A stretch of DNA of 64,000 nt, taken from the NCBI GenBank assembly GCA_046563655.1, contig JAJCTO010000011.1:124001-188000 (forward strand). The letters run 5' to 3'. Positions 37,114-46,652 of this stretch are shown here, in pieces (positions within the stretch are counted from its first letter, which is position 1; every line of letters starts with the position of its first letter). This stretch comes from Yuukianura sp. NJ FZ-2021. Lineage: Eukaryota. Below the pieces are notes generated by a model that was given only the letters and a program-made list of their open reading frames with translations, had not been told where the DNA came from and did no database searches. The translations under genes were made by a program, and so were the position numbers.

Positions 37114-37212
37114 GAAAACTGACATAAAAGGAAAGACCACATCAACAACAACAACCAGTATCGAAATCCAACATTTTTCAGTGAGGCGAAGAAAAAACGA
37201 CAGTACTCAAAC

Positions 37213-37710
37213 ATGTCGAGTTCCAGCAGTATAATTCTCCTCTTCACCGTGCTCGCTACTCTGGCTACTACTCCGGGGCTGACTATTCCAATCTCTCCAA
37301 TCGCAGCGCTCACGAAAATCCCGAAAGGGATTGAAGGCATCACCAGCTTCATCCGAGGAATCTCATCGCTTTTTGGATCTGGAACTCAATTTGCATCACA
37401 GTTTGGACACCACTACTCCGACATCTACAATAACCAGCTCATGTACCAGGCGGTCAACGCTTTTGAAAATGCACAGCAACGAGAAGAGGCCCAGAAACAA
37501 GAACAGATCATGGAGTCGGAGCTGCAACTGGAAAAAACAGGTGTATGGACAATGGGAGCATTCCTGCTAATTCTGGTGATCAACACCTCGCTGCTAACCT
37601 TGCTCCTAATTATTCGCATCCAAAAGGAGATTAAACAACGAGGAAGAGAGAAAGCTGTAAGGGAACACAATCGAGACATGGAGCTAAAAACGATTGCAGC
37701 TAAAATTTGA
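37213..37710 (+). CDS. Small predicted type-I membrane protein (165 aa), unknown function
   Basis: Signal-like IILLFTVLATLATTPG, amphipathic KGIEGITSFIRGISSLFG, a charged helical segment, TM GVWTMGAFLLILVINTSLLTLLLIIRI and a basic cytoplasmic tail. Confidence 0.6.
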   Translation: MSSSSSIILLFTVLATLATTPGLTIPISPIAALTKIPKGIEGITSFIRGISSLFGSGTQFASQFGHHYSDIYNNQLMYQAVNAFENAQQREEAQKQEQIMESELQLEKTGVWTMGAFLLILVINTSLLTLLLIIRIQKEIKQRGREKAVREHNRDMELKTIAAKI

Positions 37711-38129
37711 AGAACCACGATGACCCACCAATGACCGGCCACAGGAACCGTTATGACGCAGACTCCTAATTGAAAATTTTACTGTCCTGTCGGATCCGAT
37801 TACAACGGTATTGCGCGCCTTTGGTACCATAACTTTCGTGGGTCCACCCCACCAGTAGCAGTGTGAGTTTCATTATTACCAACCTTTACCTCCCTTTTGT
37901 TTTACCTTTTCCTAACTTGGTATTTGATGAGTAGCTGTAGGACATAGCGTCATCCTCTTTGGGATTTAGACTACAGCCCGGTCAATTAATACACCGTTAC
38001 TAGGAGTTCCAATTCTCCCGGCCCGTCCTTTCACAGGATATTTCTGTTTTCGGTCCCATCCCTCATGTCCAAGCGATTCATGTTAGGCCGATACTTGCGT
38101 TGTCTTATCGACAAATTGTCATAAACTCT

Positions 38130-38700
38130 TCGTCTCGTCAAGTCTTCACTTCGTAAAATCTTCCCCTCGTAAGCTGCTATTTGTAAAATCTTCGTTTCGG
38201 AAAATCCTCTTCCGGTAAAATCTTCATTTCGGAAAATCTTCTTTCCGTAAAATCTTCATTAGGTAAAATCTGCATTTCGGAAATTCTTCATTTCGGACAA
38301 TCTTCATCTTAAGAAAGTTTCATCACGTGGAAGCTTCATTTAATGAAAGCTTCATCCGGTAAGGGCTTCATCTTGTGGAAGCTTCATCTTGCGGAAGCTT
38401 CATCTGGTACGGGCTTCATCTTGTGGAAGCGTCATCTATTAAGGGCTTCATCTTGCGGAAGCTTCATCTTGTAAGGGCTTCATCTTGCGGAAGCTTCATC
38501 TGGTACGGGCTTCATCTCGTGGAAGCGTCATCTATTAAGGGCTTCATCTGTGGAAGCTTCATCTGTAAGGGCTTCATCTGTGGAAGCTTCATCTGTAAGG
38601 GCTTCATCTGTAGAAGCTTCGTCTTGTGGATGCTTCACCTTGGAAGAGCTTCATCTCGCACGAGCTTCATTGTGGAAGAACTTCATCATGGAAGAGCTTT
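38130..38700. repeat. Minisatellite of ~15-19-bp units (gtggaagcttcatct / gtaagggcttcatct, degrading to aaaatcttc)
   Basis: The gcttcatct core recurs many times from 38330 to 38660, with related aaatcttc units from 38150 to 38310. Confidence 0.85.
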
Positions 38701-38833
38701 ATTCCGAAAATGTAAATGTAGTTCATCTAATCGTTGCACTTCATCTAATTGTTCCAGGATGACTTCTTCTTGAGTCATTTGTTGGTCGAAACCATTCTTC
38801 ACTCAGAACTGGGCAGCGTTTGCCAGTCTCCTT

Positions 38834-39196
38834 ATGCATAAGGCGGGAAATCCAATCACGTTGGAAATGGCTGCCCTCGTTAACCTTATCAAATTGGAAG
38901 TGCGGCGCCATATGTGCGCTTTCCAAACTGAGCGCGTCTTGTTCGCGGGAAACCGACCGTGGACGTCGGTGGACGATAGGCGACGGAGGTTGTGTACTTT
39001 AATCCATAACCAGAGCCTTGAAGACTTCCTGAGAATTAATGGCGTTGTGGCAGGGACCGTCAACGTTCACCGATGGATAGAAGAGGAGCGGACCATCGCC
39101 CTTTCTGACATTGCAGACGAAGGTGAAGGAATATTGCCGACACCGACTACCAACGTTATCGAGACTATCCTAATTTCAAGCGACTCTGAAACATAG
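38834..39196 (+). CDS. Hypothetical 120-aa ORF inside the LTR element
   Basis: ATG-initiated ORF with protein-like composition and aataaa ~25 nt after the stop. No family recognised. Confidence 0.3.
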   Translation: MHKAGNPITLEMAALVNLIKLEVRRHMCAFQTERVLFAGNRPWTSVDDRRRRLCTLIHNQSLEDFLRINGVVAGTVNVHRWIEEERTIALSDIADEGEGILPTPTTNVIETILISSDSET

Positions 39197-40512
39197 TCTG
39201 ATCTAACACGCTAAACGAATTTAATAAACGTGACTCGACTTGCCTAAGTGAATTACAGGCCTTTCGTTAAATACTTTCTTTAAAAGGTAGATGTCCTTTT
39301 GCCCTTTGACATTTCAGCACACGTTTTTCTATTCAAACCAAAATCGATTTCATTTGTCTAACAAAAAAAAATTAAATATCCGTAACTTCTGCAACTGCTG
39401 ATTCACTAGCAAACATGCAAAATCAGTTTTCTCCAAATCTATGCAAAATTCTCAAAAGTGTGGATGATTTCAAAGACACAATTGAACGTGTGTTCACCCT
39501 GAGTTAGAATAGCTAAAATACAAACAAGGGTTTCGAATTTCGAGGAGTCAATAACTTACCTCCATAAAGTCCAAAGTTGAAAATAGACTAGACGCCTATC
39601 ATACTCACACTCGGGAATGTTTTGTACTGTCAGAATTAAACTAACTGAGGTCTACTGCAACCCCGAAAAATGAAAGTCCAACAACACATAGTATCTACTT
39701 CTGACAACAATGGTTTCACTAGCATCAAAATTTCCAAATCTTCGACTAACTTAAGCTAAGTTCACACTCATCCTTTCAATGAGCACCTGATCAAATTGTC
39801 AGATCACATTTGTGAATCGTGAGTCGTAAAATTTTTTTGGACCTAAGCATAGCTTACAACCGGCAAATAGTGACTGCAAATCAGTTAAGTGGAAATACGT
39901 GAACGAAACGCGTGATCGTACGTTATACGGCATGTCCGTATGCTCTTTAAGTGCCATAGAGGTTTAAGCATATAAAATCCTAGCACTTGTTCTTCCTACT
40001 GTTTGTTAACAATAATGCTGGCAAAAGTGTACAAATCGAACCGATAGCTACCACAGTAACCTCTGACCTTTGGCTAGAGCCACTGCCCTATGAGGTGACC
40101 TTTAACCGTAAGCAGAGCGTGTGTGGTAACAATAGAGGACTTTCACCTCTTCGAGGGTCACCTTCTCTATTGTACCTGTTCGATGCATTTGGGTACTTGG
40201 TCACCAGGGGGGGATAGCACTAGGTCTCCGTTACTTCCGTGGAAGGTAGCTTCGTAGGAATCAGCTCGACCTGCTCTACCTTCAGTGTGGAGGTACAGGA
40301 GTCCCTTACTACTATGTCTTACGTTAAATTCCAACCGTTATTGTCCTTACAACGTTATTGTTCTTTACATTATTAACTCCGTTACTGTTCCTAATACCAG
40401 CACTCAAATATAAGTTAATATATTTCTGAATATCGAACCTGACCGGAGACGGTCCGACGTAGTCCAAGGATTGGTGTGACCTCCTCTTCTTGGCATTGCT
40501 GACTGCCGCATA

Positions 40513-40529
40513 TCTCGGCAAATGCACCA
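40513..40529 (-). promoter_or_regulatory. Primer-binding site, tRNA-Gly-like (imperfect)
   Basis: Minus-strand TGGTGCATTTGCCGAGA lies 2 nt after the LTR and resembles the complement of the tRNA-Gly(GCC) 3' end (TGGTGCATYGGCCGGGA). Confidence 0.65.
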
Positions 40530-40531
40530 AA

Positions 40532-41136
40532 TGTAACGCCGAAAATAGGCGTTCGCCGTTTCAGGAAGGGCCCACGGGGGAAACCGATGTTTGCCCCGTG
40601 GGGTCAAGGGCCCTAGAGACCCCTTCCGGGCGGCCGAGGTTCCATGCCAGTCAGTCCGTTGTTGCGAGGAGGTGAAAATGAAGTCCCTATGTTCTTATTA
40701 AGTGTCGTACTTCCTTTATTCGAGTTTCGCTTACTTCTTCGACTTCTGTACTGACTTAACTTTAGGCAGTGACTGCCGGGTATTTATGCCAGGTGCTTAA
40801 TTATCCGTTAATTGAAGGTGGTTAGATAGTACCTTTTGTGGTAAACAAGTGGTAAAGTAACAACCGCAGGAGCACTAACCGCATTACCGGCGTAGGCTGT
40901 GGTAACACTAATTGGGTGATAAAGAGGGCCTGCGGTGAGGCTGATTCTTAATCGAATTATCTACCTGGCCTTGTGGTTTTGTCTTAATTAACCTGGCCTT
41001 GCTATTACACTTCCTGCTTAGTAACTAAATACAAGTGCTGGGGTCCCTTAGCGACTAAGTGACTAAGTGTACGTGGAACCTTGGCTGAGTGAAAGTAAAA
41101 CGTGGAAATAAATCTTGAATTAAAGCAGGTGTAACA
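40532..41136 (-). repeat. 5' LTR
   Basis: About 99% identical to 33509-34113. The TATA reads CATAAATA in this copy. Confidence 0.92.
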
Positions 41137-41305
41137 AGGTGGTGGACCGAAGCACGCCATTAGTCCTATAAAATCGAACAGCACTTTACTCCATAAATCG
41201 TAAGACCCTCCCTCAATCATAATTTTGATGTAGGTTTTTGTAATTTTTTTTTGAAATTTTTTTTTTTTTTGATTCTAATTAAGATTAGGTCAGGTTAGGT
41301 ATTAG

Positions 41306-41535
41306 TAGTCTGCTGGAGACGCATGTCTACGACATGATGAAGAAGACTATTGATACGACTTTGTCTGTCTCTCCGTCCGTCACACTTTTTAGGATTTTTT
41401 GCAATGAAACATGAGCTCCATTGTGTTCGTGGGGTTATGTATGCCTCAAGTGTTTTCATTAAGTCTACATTGCACTCAAAGTGTTATCTTAACAACGTAG
41501 AAATAGGCAGCCACTTTACGCACCCGCAGTATTTC
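41306..41535 (+). mobile_element. DINE-1/HINE-like (Helentron-associated) non-autonomous element fragment
   Basis: agtctgctggagacgcatgtctacgacatgatgaagaagactat is followed by a gtcy microsatellite. It is homologous to 55141-55400. Confidence 0.6.
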
Positions 41536-41928
41536 GTCATTGTATTCCATTTCCAATCCTGAAACCAATCTAAACCACCGGTCCGATGATTGGCAGCATT
41601 CGGTGGTTACAATGGACGGATTTACATTGTACTGTATCCAACGATTTCGGGAAGGAAAACGTTGTGAGAGAAATGTTAAAAACAAACAATCCGCCCCACT
41701 AAAAAATCTCACCAAAAAACTTGAAAAAACCGCTCGTGAGACTACCTTAGTAATGCGGCGTGTCTTTTTATTTAGGCCTTGATTGAAGTCGTGCCTAATA
41801 AATTGGTGTAATTATCTAAAGTTTATTACATATTACACATAAGCGAAGAACCGCGTATTCCTAGACGCAAAAAACGGTAACCACTCTTCAAAGCGCATGT
41901 CCTTACAAATCCTTTCTTTTGTAGCAAA

Positions 41929-42654
41929 CTATTTGTTGCAATTTTTTCTGGAGTAAGTAATGGTTTTGGTGGTATCAAAGCCTAAGCTTTTTAAAACCAA
42001 AAGCACTGCCATCTTCGTTTTCTTCTTGAGCCGCTTCCTGGGAGATTCGACGTAGTAAACAGTTTTTCCAGAGTAGCAAAGGGTTTTAAGTACAGCTGAT
42101 CCATCAGTCCAGACAATTGCACGCAAAGTAGATCCATCACCTACTAAGTCGTCGTACATTTTAGAATGTTTCTTGCTCATCTTTGCCAGAATTACGTGTC
42201 GAAAGCCACAGTTGTTGTGAACGGAAGGTTTGTTTCCAACGTAAACCGTTTCGATGCAGCGTATTGGCTCGGTTGAAGTTTGTCCCATTTGATATGTCCA
42301 TCCAACTCTAACGTTTCCATAGATCCAAGTGTAAGACAGCCTTCCACCGGGCATCACACCATTATCGGATCCGTAGCAGGTCGAGTCCAGGTCCGCATCA
42401 CTGGAAATGGGTACTCCTCGCATGTACAGGCTGTCGATAAATGCTCCAAGTTGACTTTTCATGTTATGGTACTTGGCCTTGCTCAGAGCCTTCTGGAGTG
42501 CACTGTGATTGTTTGGTAAACTTTGACCGAGACAGCGACAATTGTCGCATTGGGGCTCCTGAATGTCATCTACCGCCCATGACCTTCCTTCAACGCCTCT
42601 TGTACACAGCGTACCTAAGGCGACAAGTAGATATTTCCAACTGTGCGAAAACAT
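41929..42654 (-). CDS. Secreted Cys-containing protein (241 aa), possibly lipocalin-like
   Basis: Signal peptide MFSHSWKYLLVALGTLCTRGVEG and an uninterrupted ORF. The C-terminal IVWTD..LCY..LKSLGFD..C pattern recalls lipocalins. Confidence 0.65.
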   Translation of the reverse strand: MFSHSWKYLLVALGTLCTRGVEGRSWAVDDIQEPQCDNCRCLGQSLPNNHSALQKALSKAKYHNMKSQLGAFIDSLYMRGVPISSDADLDSTCYGSDNGVMPGGRLSYTWIYGNVRVGWTYQMGQTSTEPIRCIETVYVGNKPSVHNNCGFRHVILAKMSKKHSKMYDDLVGDGSTLRAIVWTDGSAVLKTLCYSGKTVYYVESPRKRLKKKTKMAVLLVLKSLGFDTTKTITYSRKNCNK

Positions 42655-43179
42655 TACCTCAAATTGAGACTGTTTCAGATTTGACCTGAATGAGAAATTG
42701 GGATGAAATGCGCCAAAAATAAACCTGCTGAACTGAGAAGAGGTGATGAAGTCAAGACAAAAGAAAGAGTGTTGTTGGATGTCCACTTTTTTGATATTTT
42801 ATCCACGCCTGGATGTTAAGTGGAATTAAGCCACTTGGCGTTTAACCATTCAGCCACACTGCGCTTAACAGATTATTCCAATAAAAGTCTGTACTGGTGG
42901 CAAAAAAATGCATTTTAATTCCGCGTTTTCTTACAGATCGTAATGTAATTTGGATGCTAATAAGCCAATATTGTAATTTATTAATTTCAAGTTTTATTTC
43001 AAGCTTAATTCATACTAATTACTGAATCTGCATAAGTACTATCAGTTGTAGCAACGTACTGAGCTACTCATTAAGTAAAAGCCAAAGATGGCTTAATTAA
43101 TTAATTCAACGATATAATTTGAAGGTTAGTAATAAAAACTCCAGCCTTGAAATCCAATTTGAATATTTTCAAGTCCTCC

Positions 43180-43309
43180 AAAAGGCATGTCCTTTCAGAA
43201 CATCGTCATGGTAGTAATTAAGTGTTGCAATTTTTTTTGGAGAAGGTAATGGCTTTGGTTGTATCGTATCAAAACCTAAGCTTTTCAAAACCAAAAGCAC
43301 TGCCATCTC
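43180..43309 (-). pseudogene. Truncated paralogous copy of the 3' end of the 41929-42654 gene
   Basis: gttgcaatttttt..gtaatggctttgg..atcaaaacctaagcttttcaaaaccaaaagcactgccatct matches ~41936-42014. Confidence 0.7.
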
Positions 43310-43392
43310 CAAAACCGTTTTGCGGAGCCACGATACTGCGGGTATGTAAAGTAGCCGCCCACTTCTACGTTGTTAATGTACGACTTTAAGTA

Positions 43393-45035
43393 CAGAGGCT
43401 TTTTTAAGTACTGCCTATTGTCTCAAGAATGTTGAGTGTGACGCTTCTGGGTTTTATCAAACTCAACTCCTCTCCCGCGAGTTTTGCGCGAAAACAAAGC
43501 ATAACAAAACGAAAGGATTTAAATTTCAGTAGAAAAAATATTTTTGAGCATGAAGTTTATTTTTAGAGATTTTATTTTTAAAGTGTTCAAAATGTCCGCC
43601 TTCTGCAGCTACGCAGTACCACATACGGTCAGCAAACGATCTTCGCATGTTCTTCAGGATTTCCGAGTGAACTGAATTTCTGCAAAAGTGTTCAATCCTT
43701 ACTTTCAAATTTTCATTTGTTTCTTGCCTTGGTGGAAGATAGATTTCACTCCGCATAAATCCCCAAAAAAATAGTCCAGCGGTGCGAAGTCTGGAGAGCG
43801 TGCTGGCCATGGAATGTCGCCTCCTCTTCCGATAACGCGCCCAGGAAATTCTTCTGCCAGCCAATCTCTGACTTTTAGCGAAAAGTGTGGCGGTGCACCA
43901 TCGTGCTGAAAATACGCTTGATCCCATTCAATTTGCTGATTCGCTGCAGAGTATTTCGCTTCATAGTAGAGCCAGTCCTTTAGCATTTTCAGATATGCAT
44001 CGCCAGTTATGTTTCCGTCAAAAAAATAAGGTCCAAGTATTTCGTTCGAAAGAATCCCCACACCGACGTTTATTTTTGGCGACCCACGAGTTTTCTCCCC
44101 TTCGTACCAATTCGGATTTTCTTTAGACCAAAAACGAAAATTTTGTCGGTTAAACTCGTCGTTCAGGAAAAAGGTGGCTTCATCCCAAAAGATGGTAGAC
44201 ATAATCAATTTGTCGTTCTCTTCCATTCTAGGTATCATTTCTTCCGCAAAATCCAGTCTCTTGTTCTCATCTCCCTTCAAAAGTTTTTGCAAGCGGCGAA
44301 TTTTGAAGGGCTTGAGACGTTGTTGTTTAAAAATTTTGTAGATTGATGACGCTGACACGCCAGCATCAAAGGCTCGTTTCTTCAGTGACATATGAGGGTT
44401 CACGTTGACGGATGCTAACACTGAAGCAGTCATTCCCTCCGACGTTACACTTTTCGGCCGCCCAGGTTTTTTCACGTCTAACAGAGTAAACGTCGTTTCT
44501 AATTTTTCAATGATTCTCTTCACGCTTTTGGGATGTGACATTGGATGAGTCACTGACGTGTCGAGAGCGTTGTACATGTCCATGATTTCCAGGTCGGTTT
44601 TTCCAGGATTTGCGTAGCGTAGCTTGATCACAGAAAGCCGTTGTTCAGGGGAAAAATTCATTTTCTAAAATAATTTAAATCATTCTAAACCATTTATCTA
44701 AAAATTTCTACCCGAAATTCGTATTTCTTTCCTTATTGCCAAAGTTACGCTTACCAGGGGTGCTAACAAGATGCTTTCCGTCCCTCACAACTTCGAATTG
44801 GTTGACAACGCAGATGTAATTAGTAGTAATTAAGATTTAAACAATCACAAGTTAAGTTTCAACTGATAGTTTTAAAACTTTGCTTTTCTGCTTAATTTGG
44901 GATCTGTCACAGTTGGTTAGCAAAGAACCGCGCAATTTGTGGAGGGAAAAGAGAAGTTGAGTTTTCTCCCAAAAGGTGGCTAGCTTACCTTAGCGCTATA
45001 GGCATGACCTTGGGACAGTACTTAAAAAGCCTCTG
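43393..45035 (-). mobile_element. Tc1/mariner DD41D (rosa/Visitor-type) transposon; transposase 44661-43526 with one homopolymer frameshift
   Basis: TA TSDs, TIRs cagaggcttttttaagtactg / cagtacttaaaaagcctctg, and motifs FWDEATF, QHDGAPPH and WPARSPDFAPLD with 41 residues between D2 and D3. The frame break is in the A7 run at 43765-71. Confidence 0.92.
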
Positions 45036-46652
45036 TACAATGTAGACCTACTAAAAACACTTGAGCCATAGATAACCACCCGATTGCGATGGGGCTTATG
45101 TTTCAGCGCAAATGTTTCAGCGCAGAAGACCTATGCTCAACCCTTGAGCATTGCCCTACCTTGTTTTGAAAAATTCTTTAAGAATCGTGTTCAGCATACT
45201 TAAATTAGCCTAGAAACCGATTTTAAAGAAATTCGAAAGAACAAAAAATTCATCAAAATTTTGCAAAAAAAATTCGAATTTTTTTTATTTCCGGTCAATT
45301 TTTTTTTGTGTTTTGTTATGTGGGGTCCATGTGGTGTTTGTACAAAAATTTTCAGATTTTTCAAAAAAAAGTACACGAAACCAGAAATTTTCCATAATCT
45401 ATTCTTGAAATGGTTTTAATCTGATTCATGGTAATCCAAATTGGCACGAGTCTTCATACATATTTAAATGACGTTTTGATGAAGTTGTACTTAAGAGACT
45501 TCGTTGGAGTGACATTCCAAGCCAATTTTTTGCTGATAACTTTATGTGGAGTTATGCAAACAAAATTATAAATGTTCCGAGTTTGACAACATTTGTTTGA
45601 ACCTAAACGCAAGTTTGAATCTACCACGTTGATGTTGGCTCAGAATTTTGGAATGACTAAGTCTTCCATACCCCACAGGATTCGTACCGGAATTCTGCTG
45701 TCAATGATTTTTGAGTGACTTTTGGTTTTACATTCGTTGAAAAACCTGAACGTTAAATATGTTATTACTTAACTTCTAAAAATGTATAATTTAAACCTGA
45801 AACTTTAAATTTTCGTACTTTGCAGGCTGTTTCGAGAATATCGGGATGCGTCTTATAAGTGAGAGTGTCTTACTGAGAGAAAATAGGTAGGTAACTATAT
45901 TTCAGTATGTTAAATTGCTAGTTGTTACTGTTAGTTACGGGAATTCAGTTTCTGTATTCTTTTAACCTACTTCAATACCGTTAATTTCCATCAAATGTTG
46001 GCATTTACTTACAAAAAATTCAAAAAACAAAAACCTTGACATGTTTTAAACTTATACAACCATTTCTATTTTTGATTTGGTATGAACATTAGTTTTTAAT
46101 TTCTATAACCTTTTAATTTTTGAACTAAACCTACACATTAAAAATTAATTTGTAGTTTGACACTTCTTATAGAACAAGGTATTAGAAACACTGGCTTTAT
46201 CATTTCGTGATTGCATTAGCAGTGGATTTGGCCTAAAAGCTTTTACGGTTCCGTTATTTACAAATACATTTACAGAATTAATTTTAATACGAGTTTCACC
46301 AAGAAGTCTTCAAGCCAATGTTAATTTTTTCTCGGACGTGAAGCCGCGAGTAAATTTCAGAGAATAAGAAGCATTCTGCGTTAAGATCAAGGTTGCTATA
46401 GCAACCAATTTAACTTCCTACAACAGGTTGTTTAATACCTTGGGGATTTCAAAAATCTTGGTGCAAACAATTTTTTGAACCAATTCCCATTACATTACAT
46501 GCAAACCATTAACAAAGAAAGGCACGCGAAAGCCAGTTTTGCGAATTATTTAAAAAATTAAATACTTTGCCTTCTTGAATAACCTGTTCTAGAAATCAAC
46601 AATCTTCTTGTTTACCAACCTTGTTTAAGTTCACACCTTCATTCTATAAACC

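Larger units (their letters stand above)
33509..41136 (-). mobile_element. Non-autonomous LTR retroelement (7.6 kb) carrying cargo ORFs, no recognisable gag/pol
   Basis: 605-bp TG...CA direct repeats at 33509-34113 and 40532-41136, with 5 substitutions seen. TSD aggt at 33505-08 and 41137-40. A minus-strand PBS lies next to the right LTR, and a purine-rich tract lies next to the left LTR on the minus strand. Confidence 0.92.
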
